Positions 38,346 through 52,304 of a stretch of DNA of 64,000 nucleotides are shown here, in pieces (position 1 is the first letter of the stretch; each line of letters begins with the position of its first letter). Source of the DNA: Callorhinchus milii (lineage: Eukaryota); the NCBI RefSeq assembly GCF_018977255.1, contig NW_024704743.1, forward strand, positions 89,158,001-89,222,000. Direction: 5' to 3'. Under the pieces are notes generated by a model. It did no database searches. It saw only the letters and a list, made by a program, of their open reading frames with translations, and was not told where the DNA came from. The position numbers were made by a program, and so were the translations under genes.

Positions 38346-41300
38346 GAATAGACAAATGAGGCTTTAGTGATCACTGTCATCATCCCATCTCTTGACCATC
38401 AATATTGATGTAATTGCAGGAGATGGTATGGGAGGATCTGTTCCAGTTATTTCTGATAATGTTGTTACTATTTGCTGATATTGGTATCTTAAACATTATA
38501 TATGCCAAGGATCCATAATTGCTCAATTCCAACAATTGACCATGCATCACACTGATCTATTGGAATGACACTTGAGTGTGATCGCCTTCTGGGTGATCAA
38601 AGCTTATTTGCCAATAGGATTCAATATGTGTGTCAGTCTGGCTCAGTTGGTAGCCCTCGGAATCACAAGGCTGTGGGTTCAAACCTCACATCAGGACTTG
38701 GAACTCATATAGTATAATCTGACAGCATTGCAGTGCTGGGGGTGGGTGCTGTATTGTTTTGGATGAAACGTTAAACCAAGTTCCCATCTGCCTGAGCAAG
38801 TAGATATTAAAGATCCCATGACACAGTTCGAAAAGAGAAGGGAGTTTCTCTCAGTGTCCTTCATAGCTGTTTGTGGGATATTGCTGTGTGGGACAAACAC
38901 AGAGTCACTACACTTTGCAGATTATCCTGTGAAGCACTTTGGGACGTCCTCCCGACGTGAAAGGCACTATACCAAATGTAAGGATTATTATTATTTTTAA
39001 ATCCTTTGGGAATCATGCTGTAAGAGAAGGAAGTTTCTCCTGTGTCTGTCCTGCTATGGGAGAAATTAAATGGGGTGTCTCTGGATAAAACACGGTTCAA
39101 GGTAGAGTGAAGCTGGGTCAGCCCTCTGTTACCTGAGTCAGGTAGGTCTACAGTACAACTGTATAGTACACTCATTGTACAACTGATGATTGGGGAACTA
39201 TCTAAATAGGAGTAAATTGCAAGGGTGTGGGGAAAGGGCAGGTAAATTGGTCTGAAAGGATTGTTCTTTAAAAGACCCAGCACAGAGAGGATAAGTCGAA
39301 TGGCTTTTCTGTGCTGTAAATTTCATGGTTCTTTGGTCTATGATCGTCCAGCCTTCATGGCTCAACATAGAAACACAATGTCCCAAACCGAAGAATGCGA
39401 GTCTTTAAAAGATTGTGTTTTTAATTAAATAAAACACATTTAAAAGATAACAGCCTTGATTGCATTACTATCTCAGCCAAAGAAAAAGAATTTCAGTCTT
39501 TTTAATGAGCCTCAGTAGCCTACATCAATTCAATTACTTTCTTAAAATTTCCCTTTCTTAAAATCTACGCCAGGTTTTACAGTAAATTGTCTTTCGTCTT
39601 AAGATTCTTTGTATTAATATTTTCAAAAGAGACATAATGTAAAAATAATACAATTTGGCGGCAAAAAAAAATACTTGAAAACAATAAAGTGCTGACAGAA
39701 AGGGAGAGTTAACAAGTTTTATTTCTGAAGTGCAATGTGCTTTATGGATTGCAGCTATTTGAACCCAGAAAGATTTCTTATTCATTTCCAGTAATTGTCC
39801 TGACATGTGCTGTATTCACTAATAATCAGGATAAATATATTCTAGTGGTTGCAAAATCATTTTTTAAGTTTATCACTCACTTTTGTAATTTAAGATATTG
39901 GTGCAAACACATATTAGGAGTTGTGCATCAATGCCCTGTAGCAATGGTCTTGGAACAAAGATATATCATAGTAAGCTATAAATTGACAACAAACAATAAC
40001 AAACTAAATTGGGTTGTATCCCCACAGGTATTATTTGCAACTCTGCAAATTTGTTGAGAAATGGATATTTTAACTTGAACAGTATAACTCAATATTATGA
40101 ATATACTGTATATGTGGGGATATATTCATACTCTACTATAATGAATATATACATAATAGGGATCTAAACTACAGTATTTTAACTCAGAATTTTAGTTGTA
40201 AATGGGATATCAACTGGATATAACATGAAGTATATCACTCCAGCCTGCAGAAACTCTGCTCCGATGCAAACTCCGAAGTGGATTTCTAAGATTCGTCTTG
40301 AAAGAGTTCTATTAGAAATATTGCATTTTACATCTCATAAGGCGCAGAGTAGTTCTGAATATTCATGTAAAATTGACAATAATCAAAAGAACAGTTAGAG
40401 TATACGTGCACACAAGAGGATAAGCAACAATTGTGTGTAATGAAACAGAAGAAATTATATTGAAGTAAAATGGAAAGTGGTATACTGTATCTCTAACTAG
40501 GGGAGAATTTACTGGGTCGCTTAACATGTTGTGTTAAATTAGCCAAGAAACACACTAAAATATTAGCATAGATTTGTTCCTTAATGTGCATTGGTGTAAA
40601 GTCTACTCATTCACCTTCTGTGATGAACACCTCACTACTCGCAGACTCCAATAACATGCAGCCACTCCTCCAGATCAGACCTGACCACAGAAGTCCAATA
40701 GGGAAGTGAATAGTCAATTTTCCTGATCTAGGTCTTTATATAGGCTTTATGGTTGTGAAAATGCTGGTTTTAACTCCAAATAAGGAGTGTAAAGTTTAAG
40801 ATTCCTCAACTAATGTTTTGTTTTACACAGTGCTAGGCTACTGGCAGCTGGAAATGTGTCTGTATAGATCTGAAACTAAGAGCAGTGGGTTCATTACAGA
40901 GGGTGGGTGAGGAGATTTTACACCAGTGCTAATCCGCAAACAAATCTGTAAGTATTCCTTAAAACTTTCCTTGTGATAATTAACATACAGAATAAGGTAT
41001 GGAACACTGCAAATGTTGCCCCCATAAATTTAAACTGTAAATATACAGGATGTGAGTAAGACATAAAACACATACTTTAGTATAAGTTGAGAGGTGCCAT
41101 AAACAAAAGGATACTGAAGAATGAGTTTCAGTATAATTGTTATCAATAGATATTTTATGATGTAACATAATGTGTGACAGTATTGCACTTCCTTTACATT
41201 TCACTCCATTGAAATAATTTTAATGAAAACAGTATGAATAGTAAAAGGAACATTAAATTAACACAGAAAACAGGTGAACTTTGCTCCTGAATTGAAGGAG

Positions 41301-42117
41301 TGGGCACTTGCTGTGATTACTTTCTGTGAAGCGAGTTTCTCCCAGTGTGCTGGCCAGCAATCTCCCCAAACAAAATTGGTCATTCATTTTATGGTTATTC
41401 ATGAGATATTGCTGTGCACATATTGGCTGCCATGTTTGTCAACAAAACAAACAGCCACTACACTGCAATATATAGTGAAGCACTTTGAGACATCTTCATG
41501 ATGTGAAAGGCGCTATATCAAATGCAAGGATTATTAGTATAAATATTTTTACTCCACATCATCATTTTTAACTTTGTTTCCAAACCTTAAACTGTATTTT
41601 GAAAAAACAATTTGTGGTTAGCTGATGACAAGCTTTTTAAAAAGGTGGTAAATAGCGACAGGAAGAGACAACTGAGACATTTCTGATTCTCGACGTCTTG
41701 GGAAAGAATAGGCTGGAATAGGGAACTGTGTGATGAATTTCAATACCAGCATAGTATAGGACACAGGTAATGCAATGTGCATGTAGGATAGCATATTTGG
41801 ATCTTAGGAAGGAGAATGGAACAAAGGTAACAGAGGAGCAAAGTCCACTGTGACGTTGAGGAGAGAGAGAGAGGAAGGTTGGAAGCCGTAGAGGAGAGAA
41901 GAATCAACAATCAGAAAGTAAGACTTCTCTTATATCCCTGTTCGAGAGGATGCGAAAGGTGCTAAAAGACGCTTCTAGACATGGAACAATATTATGTTTC
42001 AGATTGACTTTTGCTTTATAGTGAAATAAAATATACTAGGGTTAACAATGGGATGGTTTGTAACTGGATTCATTAGTGAATTGTGAATCAAAGAGATTAG
42101 AGTGGGGAATCAATGAA

Positions 42118-42350
42118 GGAGAAATGCCATCTGGGTCTTGACTTAAACTTGTTTTTAGCATTTCAGATCAGTTACATTTTGGGAAATTAGTAAATTCAGT
42201 CTTAACTTTGAAACCTGTTTTCTGCAGAATGTTTTAAGATCTACAGAAAAACAGCTTCAAAATTAAGGCTGAGTTTAAGAATTGTTCACAAATTTGCCTG
42301 AAATAGTTTGGAAAAGATCTTAAGCCCAGACCCAGGTAGAATTGCTCCCC
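42118..42350. mobile_element. Palindromic MITE-like element
   Basis: ggagaaatgccatctgggtcttgacttaa ... ttaagcccagacccaggtagaattgctcc. Central hairpin cttaactttgaaacctgttttctgcaga / tctacagaaaaacagcttcaaaattaag. Confidence 0.75.
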
Positions 42351-45300
42351 CCATTGTAACTGGCAATTTGTCACATCTTATGGGATCCCTGTTTTGAAGC
42401 ACTGGAAGCAACTCTTGGAGTGTTCGTGTGAGTCACTCATGACATATTGCCAGTTATTGGCAGGATTCCCATCAGCAACTCCGAGTCACTATCACTAAAC
42501 CTCCTTGTGAATTTTGCCACTTTTGACTTCACCAAAGAAAAAAGGGAAGAGACGTTTTGGTGCAAAGGAGGAAACTGATTCTCTTCGATGCAGTTTTAGC
42601 ACAGAAGGAGAATATAGGACATCCATTCGATGTTAGAAGAAATAGTGAAGCTCAGAATATCGTCTACCAGAGCTTTAACTACTATTTATTCTACATGTAG
42701 TTCCACAGCTTGGAATGGAATAGTAAACTGGAAGAAAATTGGGAAACCACTGTTAGTGTACATTAATCTTGGAATGGATAGAATAGAACAATTAAAACAG
42801 ATTTACCCTGGTTAATGTCTTGAACTGACACTTTTTTTTGTGCCAAAATCCTTCAGACGTCCTGAGCATCAAAGGCACTTGTGACTTATAGATCACCCTC
42901 ACTTGTCACTGCCACTGATTTGACACCTTTACAGTCCAAACTGTTTATAAAATTATATTGTTAACAGAAGCCTCGTGAGATGCCAAGATTATACATTTGT
43001 CTGAACTTTGGTGCTATAAGAAGCATGAACTCAAAGCTGTTATATCAGCTTTCAGTGTGAGGTTTACCAGTGCCGTCAGCAATGGTGTAACAGGTTCAGT
43101 GTTATGAGGATCTTGAAGGTAGTTGTTTCATTTTTTTTGTGGCACTGTTGAATCAAACACGGGCAGCTGTGACCTTTTACCCTAATATTACAGAATTGTT
43201 CTAGCTTCAATGATGCATTGTACTTATATAACACGAGAACTGAGAAACACCTTCTGCTGTGTACGCTCAAGGCAGATTTGGATTATGAAGTTTATGGGGA
43301 AAATATTCCCAGGGACAAGTTGAAATCATTTAGAAAAGTGTATAATTCATTATTTTGGGTGTTTTTCTCCCAGTTATACTTACTAACAACATAAATGCAC
43401 ATAGGCTTCCCATGTAAAAACTCTTAAGTGCAATGTCTTAGGAGGCCATAGATTTGAGATGCTTAAAAGAGAGCTATGTTTACATTGCTGCATGTATAGG
43501 GTGACCAAAAACGTGCAATACAATTACAATGTCTAGTAAGTCTTAAAGAAATTCTGATTTTTTTTAGATAATAGGGTAGCTGTAAAATAAGACTTTTGGT
43601 CAGTCTGCGTATGAGGATCAGTGTAAAACTGTAAACATTATCTCTATATCAAATCAGGACTGGTAAAGAACATTTGTCCTGCACATGCATATGAACCAAA
43701 CACTGAGAGTTAGTTTTTCAATATGAGAAGAGAACCAGTCATTCATTTGGTTGTTTCTTACCATTAAACACAGCCTGTTGAATGTTCTTGGGCAGTTCAA
43801 TAGAAAGGCTGAGAGCTTCGATTGAATCACAGAAGAACGAGCCCATTGCAATTTGCAAACCTCTTAATTTATTCTAAACATCAAGATTATTAATGAAACT
43901 AATTATGGAGTATAATGAATTCAGAGTATCTGTACCTACTGAATCATTAGCTGCTGAGCAAGTACAATCTTCTAAGGCTCCAGGAGCACCACTTGTTGCT
44001 ATGAACCTCCCCTGGAAGTCCTCCATCTGTGTCCATAGTGACTTTTTACTTATTTGATAACATATTTACTTATCTTCTTGCTGTTAAACCATTTGACCAA
44101 AAGAAAAGAAACTCTGAGTCTGATGTCGGAACTAAAATTTACAAAACAAAAAAACCTTCACCACAGTATTGTAAAAATACTGGAGCTAGGACCTGGAAAG
44201 GAACAAACCATTTTCCTGCAGAGGAGTGCTCTGTCTATTGGTGCTTATCAACCATTTTTTTAATAGCACAAGAAACATTTTAAAATTATTGCCAATTTTA
44301 TCCCACAGATCTCTTTGATGATGAGGGCAACTCCCAGGTCCTATTTTTTGATCAGATATATTGGATTGCCACCTGTCTCAAGCATTATGGTTCAGGGGGC
44401 ACATTGCTTCATGTTTCACAATTATCATGGCTGAGCTCTAAGTGGAAGGCTTAACATTTTGTTGGCTGTAAATCATGCTACTGTTGATTAGAAAATGCCA
44501 TGTTCCTGTCCAGGAGGCTTTTGGGCAGCTTACGTAAGAAATAACTGCACAACGGTTATGCACATATGCCCAACACACATTAAATCACCCCAGTGTTCAC
44601 AAAACAAAGAACCTCTTTTATAACTTCATCTTGTGATGCATGACAGTGTTTCACTATATGAGAAATATTACTTTATGAGAGTTCTGCTGTCTGTGCATAA
44701 CTGATTACCATTCTGATGGACAGTTCAGTTACAGTAAACAAGCTGTTTCATGATCACAACCTTTTGATGAAGTACAGATGGTTTTAGGCTAGGATCAATA
44801 GGAAATTCAGTGGGCACATAGAAAGACATTAAACCTCCTTAACCCTACAAGCGACCTGTCACAATGCAGTTCCAATTAAATCCAAGGTTAAAAGAGATAA
44901 GTGCTTTATAACTCGAGGCACTGACACACATTGATCTGTAAGACACAGTACTGCTCCTTGTGTCCTTAGGTTCACAATGCTAGTTAGTAATTTCATTAAA
45001 ATTCATGGTAATTCCACGTATATTGCAAGTGAATCAAGTTGCTGAGTTGGTTTACTGTACATGAAGTTGCTCGATACTCTAGATTTCCAAAAGGTGGTTG
45101 ATTCTCCATTTGTTGGTACAGTATAACCAGTGGAGCATCAATATCTCTACAAGTCACCCAACAATATTTTAGGGAATTTGTTAGCAAATAGAGATTACTT
45201 TTTGTACTTTTCTTCATTTGTGATGACTGATAACTATCAGCGTGAATTGATCATATTGGTTATTTGATTAGATGGAAGGCACTATATCAAGTGCAAGGAT

Positions 45301-47604
45301 TATTATTATTATGTTCTGGTGTATAATTTTACAAATCATAAAATACACTGTGTTTATCATACAGTTATCAGTTAAAATATATAATATATAAAACTAAAAT
45401 ATTTTCATGTGTAGATATAATTAGTTGCTGCAACAGTAAATCTTCCACTTACAGACATTTCTAACATGATTTATGTAGTCTGTAAATATCACCCATTTAT
45501 CAATACCCTTTCCCTCTGCTCCACACTGACAGTACAATTTATGCACCTGACTTTACGCAATTGATGCTTTAGCTATTTTGTTATGATATATTCTTCTATG
45601 GCTCTGTAATAGAGATGAAAAGCCAAAGCAATTTGTATCATTCTTTACTTTAAAGGAGAAATTTACATTGTGAAGCTCGAAAAATTTTACTTCTGAAAGA
45701 CAAACGGCAATTATGTTTCAGTCAATTTTGCCCTCCAATTATCACCTCCTTTTTTGAAGTTGTTTTGACTCCTTTTTCCTTCCACATGGACACCGGAAGC
45801 CTTACAGTACTTCAACCAAGTAATCATTCTTTCTTTGTGAACCATGACAGCAAGTGTTGGCCTTTCAGCCATGCTTGGGGTCTCACCCCCTCTGTCTCAC
45901 ACCTTCTCTAGCAGTCTTTAAATTCCAGCTTAATACCAACCTCACCACCAATATCTCCTGCTCGATATCTGACTCCGTCTGTGTAAAGTGCTTTGTGATA
46001 TTACTTGATGTGAAGGGCGCTACATAGATTTTAGTTGTGTTGTTCGGTTGACAACACTGAAGAGGGTTAATAAGAAACCTTATCCTATAGCTGATGTGCC
46101 TGCTTATGTGTGATCATCCATGTAATTGGAATACATTGACACTGAGGTGGGAACAGATGGCGAGATGTCAGGTGTGTTCCTCATTCTACAGAAGGTGATC
46201 ACTCAACTAAAACACATTTTAACCAAGCAATCATCATCAATTGGATAAGAATTCTGATTTCCATTCAGTGGAGGCATTGAAATTTATTCAGGTCAAAGAA
46301 ATAGCTTGTGAAAAAAAGTTGATGGCCGAATTCTAATATTCTGTAGTTAATCTGAGACTTTTGAAAGAAAGGTAAATAAACTCCTGGAGCTCATGAGTGT
46401 GGGTTAAATTGCACATTCTGAAATGGCAAGTTGTAAATTCAACTGAACTTCTTCATCAAATCCTATGTTTCAAAACAAATAATCTTTCAATTGCACGACT
46501 ATTTAGTTTTTCAATTCTTTAGGCCCAAAATTCCATCTGGGCTACAGAAGAGTCAATGACAGTTTTAAGAGCTCAGTGGCACATGCCTTTTTGACAATTT
46601 ATGTATGCTTTTTGGGGGTTTGTAAAAATATTCTTATCATTATTGCTTACTTCTGTCCTAGCTACAAACGTGATCCCCTTTATCAGTGTTAAAAGTAATT
46701 TATTTATAATGGCACTAATATTCTGGAAGTTCTAAGATGTACTAAAACATGTTGGTTTTGAAGGAAATTATAATGGGGAGTATGTTCCTTTAAGTGTAGA
46801 ACTTGTTTCTATATATCCAAAATTGAATGTCTCTTGAGGCCAAACTTGCAGGAACACACGTCTGTACCATTTATCTGTCTTTACTAAAGGCAGAGTAGTC
46901 TTGTTCTAACAGCGCATCACCTAAACTATCCAGCTTTACTCACTTCCCTCCCTGTAGGAGTTGAGTAATGTTAGCTGCACACTTCTGTTAGTGCTGAACA
47001 TTGACAATACTATAGCTGAAACATATTTTGAGAATTCAATAAAGGAGAAGTGAAATATGTACTGTGAAATCAATGGAAAAGATGTTTTTTTAAGAAAGTC
47101 ATCAATCTGAGAACAGGTTCACCACACTCCTGGGACTCCTCTTGTTCTTAGTGACAATAAATATCCTGGATATGCAGGCTCAGTCCTAAATAGTTAAATT
47201 AACAAATAAAACTAAACCAAGAGAAATTGTGGAAAGAGAGGAGGCAGCCAACATCTAAAAAAGAGAGCTTGACAACGTAAGAACAGAAACAAATGCATTT
47301 CATATACTACATGAAACAGATCTAAGGGTGTTAGTTGGTTTGTCGTTCACAATGTCCAAATAGTGTGTGGCAGCAATGAACTGGATTATGGACTATAATG
47401 CCAAATCAGTTTCATTCAAATCCCCAAAAAGTTGGTTGTTCTGGTGAAGTCAGATCTAAAGCAATTAGCACAGTTCTATTTATCATGATGTGTTACCTTA
47501 AGTTATAAGAAGATAAGAACACTTTACAGTATATTCTATGAAGCGCTTTGAGATGTCTCAAAGACGACAAGGCACTATATCAAATGCAAGGATTATTATT
47601 ATAA

Positions 47605-48690
47605 AATAATAATTTGCTAGGCAAAAAAAGACCAAGGTCCATCTAGTTTGCCTTCCACCATCCTGGCTTGTAGTTTGATGTGCTGTGTCCCAAACTATAC
47701 ACTGTATCCTGAGATAATATTTTCTAGCAGAAATCTATCCAATTTTTCTCAAAACAAAGAACACTTTTTGTTTTCACCGACTCCCTAGGGAGTTTACTAC
47801 TCACTGAAGTAGTGTTTCTGCAGATTTGTTCTGAATTTACCCCTCCTTCAATTGCAGGCACTGTCCTTTGGTTCTACTGTTCAGTACAAGATAAAACAGC
47901 TTATCATGGTATACATTATCTAGTCCCTTCAGAATCTTAAAAACTGTAATTAATTATTGGTATACTGATAATCATATCGCCCCTTAACCTTCTCTTCTCC
48001 AGCGTGAACATGTCCAGTTTATCTAAATGCTCCTCGTAGTCCAGTCCCTCTAATCCCTCTATCATTTGGTTGCCCTTCTCTGTATCCTTTCAATCACTGC
48101 AATATCCTTTTTATATTGTGGTGACCAGAACTGCACACAGTGTTCCAAGTGCGGTCACTCCAGTGATTTATAAAGTGGCCGAATTACCACACTATTTCAG
48201 CTCAATATTACCCTTTTAATACAGCCCAACATCTGCTTTGCCTTACTCACTGCTACCGAACACTGTTGCAATAGCTACAATTTATTGTCAATCAAGATCA
48301 CCAAGTCCTTTTCATTTTCTGTACAAATTATTTTCTTCCCATTTAAATAATTGTCCCTTCCTGGATTTTTTGTCCCTTTGTGAAGCACTTTGCATTTTGT
48401 TGAAATTCATCTGCCATCAATCTGTCCATGTTCAAATCCTCCAGTAATCTATCCTGTTCATCTTTGCAGTCTACCATCTTCGTTAGCTTTGTGGCATCTG
48501 CAAATTTAGCCACTGTGCTTGTGACTTCTAGCTCCAGATCGTTCATGAAGATGTTAAATAAAAGAGGTCCCAAAACAGACCCCTGTGGAACTCCACTTTT
48601 AACATTGCCCCAGCCTGATGACATTCCCTGTCCCATCACCCTCTGGGCTCTATCTGGTCCCAATTAAGTATTGCAAGATACTTCCACTGA
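47605..48690 (-). mobile_element. CR1 LINE, RT region and 3' end, decayed
   Basis: VKSGVPQGSVLGPLLFNIFMNDLELEVTSTVAKFADATKL, plus downstream [10 protein letters not shown] and RRRLRGDM motifs. Confidence 0.92.
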
Positions 48691-49969
48691 TTTCTACTTT
48701 CTTTATTTTCAGTACCAGTTATAATGTAATGGAGATACTTCCAATTTACTTCTAATGATTGATTCATTCACAACTCAGGTTCAAATAGATTAGTTGCTGA
48801 GGAGCTCTTTCCACTGACAAAAGTTACACTTAGTTTCATGGTCCAAAATTATAAGAAAAATCTTGTAAATGTTCATGCTTGACACTCAATACCAACAACA
48901 GTCAATGGACTTTATCTACTTCATAGCAGTAATTAATTTTTAATAGTTTAGCCATACAAATAACAAATGCTGGTGTAATAGGCTGCTGTGTTGGCATTTA
49001 TAAAATGATTAGGAGGTGCACAGAATTGAAGTGGAGTGATTCCATTTCATAATTCTTTTATCTGGGTACTTTAAATCTAATTTATGCTTATCAAACAGCT
49101 AAATCACACTTCATTACTGTAATGTGATTGAAGTTTTTTTCTTTAGTCAATTGTTGGAAGTCAAGTTGTGCAGTACATTTATGCAGCACACAGTGTGCTT
49201 ACCTTTGTCTCTTGTGCATGCAGTGTAGTCACATTTTCCTGGATTTGAAGAGATTTTACAAAAGCTACATTAATGTTTAGGACAATTTTAGTTTTTGAAA
49301 AGAGGACAATTTGGTTATTTATATAATATATAATAATAATAATCCTTGCATTTGATATCATGTCTTCGAGACAGCTCATAGTGCTTCACAGAATATACTG
49401 GAAAGTGAATTGACTGTATATTTTATGGCCAAAACTTTATTTCTGAAAAATAAATGAGAATTCACATGGGTGAAATTTCAATAGTTTTCTGATTTTGGAG
49501 GATATTTGTATGTGGCTTTAAATTCATTGATTCTTACTACAATGTTAGGGCAGCCACCAGCAAGTATTTCTTTACACAGATTTGAATCAACAGCTGGAAT
49601 TAGTTATCAGGAAGATTCTTTGAGGGAAGAGCACTGGATTAATTTACCACAAATACAATCACTGCACTTTCCATAAATCCTGTGAAATACTTTTCAATGT
49701 GAAAAGGGGCTGTACCAAATGCAAGGATTATTATTATTAAGAAACATTTTGAAGAGCCTTCACCTGAACCTCCCTTGTGATCCATTTTTACTGAATTTTG
49801 TATTATTAAAAGGGTGAAGGGTTCCTTGTTAGTTTGCACCTGAATTTAAAGGATTTTTTTTAAATGATAAAAGCTAGTTTTCTTTTCCCTTTGCTTTAAA
49901 ACGAAATTAAGTTTGGCACTGACAAAATACAAATTTGGAAAGGTTCAAAACATTGATTAAATAGTCGAA

Positions 49970-51590
49970 ACAAAAACAACAAGAAGATTACATTTGTATA
50001 GCGCCTTTCACGTCGGGAGGATGTCCCAAGGCATTTGTCAGAGTACAGCATTTTAGACCCTAGCTGGGGTTAGGGGGGTAAGGGAGGGGAGGGGAAGGGT
50101 GGTGGCCGATGGCATAGTCGAAGAGGAGGGTCTTGAGGTAGGATTTGAAGGAGGCTAAGGAAGGGGGCAAGGTGGAGTGACTGGGGGATGGAATTCCAGA
50201 GGCTGGGGGCAGAGTGGCTGAAGGACTGCCGCCAGTGGTGGGGCGGGTGGGTCGGGGGAAATGGAGCAGTCCAGAGCCGGCTGAGCGGAGGGAGCGGGTG
50301 GTTTGGTAGGGGGTTAGGAGGTCGCAGAGATAGGGTGGGGCGAGGCCATGGAGGGCTTTGTATGTGAGGACCAGGATCTTGAACTGGATCCTCTGAAGGA
50401 TAGGGAGCCAATGGAGTCGGGTAAGAGTGGGGTAGATGGGGTCACGGAGTTTGGTGCGGGAGAAGACATGGGCTGCAGAGTTCTGGATTATCTGCAGCCT
50501 GTGGAGGGAAGAGTTGGGAAGGCCAACAAGCAGGGCGATTGCATAGTCGAGCCTAGAGGTGATGAAGGCTTGAACGAGAGCAGCCTGAGGGGTGAGGTAG
50601 TGGCGGAGTCGAGCGATGTTACGGAGGTGAGGGAAGGCAGAGTGGGTCATGGCTTGAATGTGGGGGAGAAAAGACATTTGAGGGTTGAACAAGCCACCTA
50701 GGTTCCTGACTGGCTTGGTGAGTTGAAGTGTGCAACCATTGAGGTTGATGTTGCCAGAGCCTGAGGTGCTGAGGCGCTGGCGTGAGCCAATCAGGAGGGC
50801 CTCAGTCTTGTTCACATTCAACTGTAGGAAATTTGCTCTCATCCAGGACTTGATGTCCGACAGGCAGTCTGTCAGGACAGCAATGGTCCCGGAGTTGAGC
50901 GTGAAGGCGGAAAGTTAGAGTTGGGTGTCATCCGCATACATGTGGAAGTTGACCCAATGTCTGTGGATGATGTCACCAAGGAGGAACATGTAGATATTAA
51001 AGAGGAGAGGGCCAAGGACAGAGCCCTGGGGGACGCCAGACGTGACAGTGCGGGGGCTGGAGGAGAAACCATTAGAGACAACAAAGTGCAGACGGTGAGA
51101 GAGATAGGAATCGAACCAGGCAAGGGCAGTTCCGCGAAGATTAAGTAAGGAGGAGAGGCGGTGTATGAGGATGGAGTGATCGACAGTGTCGAAATTGGCA
51201 GAGAGGTTGAAGAGGACAAGAAGGCAGAGGGAGCCCTGATCACAGATGTTCAGAATGTCATTAGTGACTTTGACCAGGGCTGTTTCCATGCTGTGGGCAG
51301 CGTGGAAGCCGGATTAGAGGGATTCAAAGAGGGAGTGGCGAGAGAGAAAGGAGTGGAGCTGGGACGCGATGACTCGTTCCAGGACCTTGGAGAGGAATGG
51401 GAGGTTAGAGATGGGGCGGTAGCTGGAGAGGAGGGATGGGTCCAGGGAAGGTTCTTTCAGGATGGGGGTGATGATGGCCGTTTTTAGGGGGTGGAGGAAC
51501 TGAACCAGTGGACAGGGAGAGGTTGATGACATCGGACAGGAGGGGGGCCAGAAGGTGGAGCTGGGAGACGAAGAGAGAGGTGGGGATGAG
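49970..51590 (-). mobile_element. L2 LINE, young, 5'-truncated, RT nearly intact
   Basis: Track ORFs 51314..51625, 50915..51289 and 50060..50842 are in one frame, separated only by single TAA stops. Motifs: YRPISNLPFLSKVLE, GVPQGSVLGPLLF, MYADDTQL. Confidence 0.96.
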
Positions 51591-52304
51591 ATCAAAATAT
51601 AGGAATAAATACCACAAATACTCAATGCTTAAATATGAAGTGTCTGTGTATACCTTTATATTTTACATATTGTAAAGAAAAAAACAATTTATTACGAGTT
51701 CTTACAGTTTGTGGTGATCAGGAGCTTGTACGTTTTGGTGCCCTCTAGTGGACTACATTTACTATATCCTATTCACCAAATCAGCAGATCTTTGTCCCAC
51801 ACAATGCAATGCATTCCAGGGGACTGCTGATAACCGCACAGCCAGCCTGGCTCATCCTGGAAGGATAGACCAGTCACTGGGGGCAAGGAGTCATCCCAGG
51901 AGCTTAGTCATCCCACTCAGCTCCTGTTAACCCTGCAAACCAAAGCCCTAACGGATAGGATGGTCCTAGCTGGACAAGCAGCGGGAAGCTGCTTCCTCCG
52001 AGGGATTGGAACTGAGAACAACCTGGTCACCTGGACAAATAATGTTCATGGTCGCTTCTTTAGTGTCTTAAATGAAAATCATTGGAAGTCCTAAATCATC
52101 TTTTTAGATGAATATTCACCGTACTGTTCATACTTAAGAATTATATATTACATTACAAGATTGCTTTCAACGAAAAGGCCCTTCAGACCATTTAATCTCA
52201 TCCCCTCAGAATAGCCCCACTTTGTGCCCCCTCCAGGAATAGAACCTGGGTCGTATTGCTTGTGAGGCAAGTGATCTAACCAATACGCTACAGGACTCCA
52301 CATA

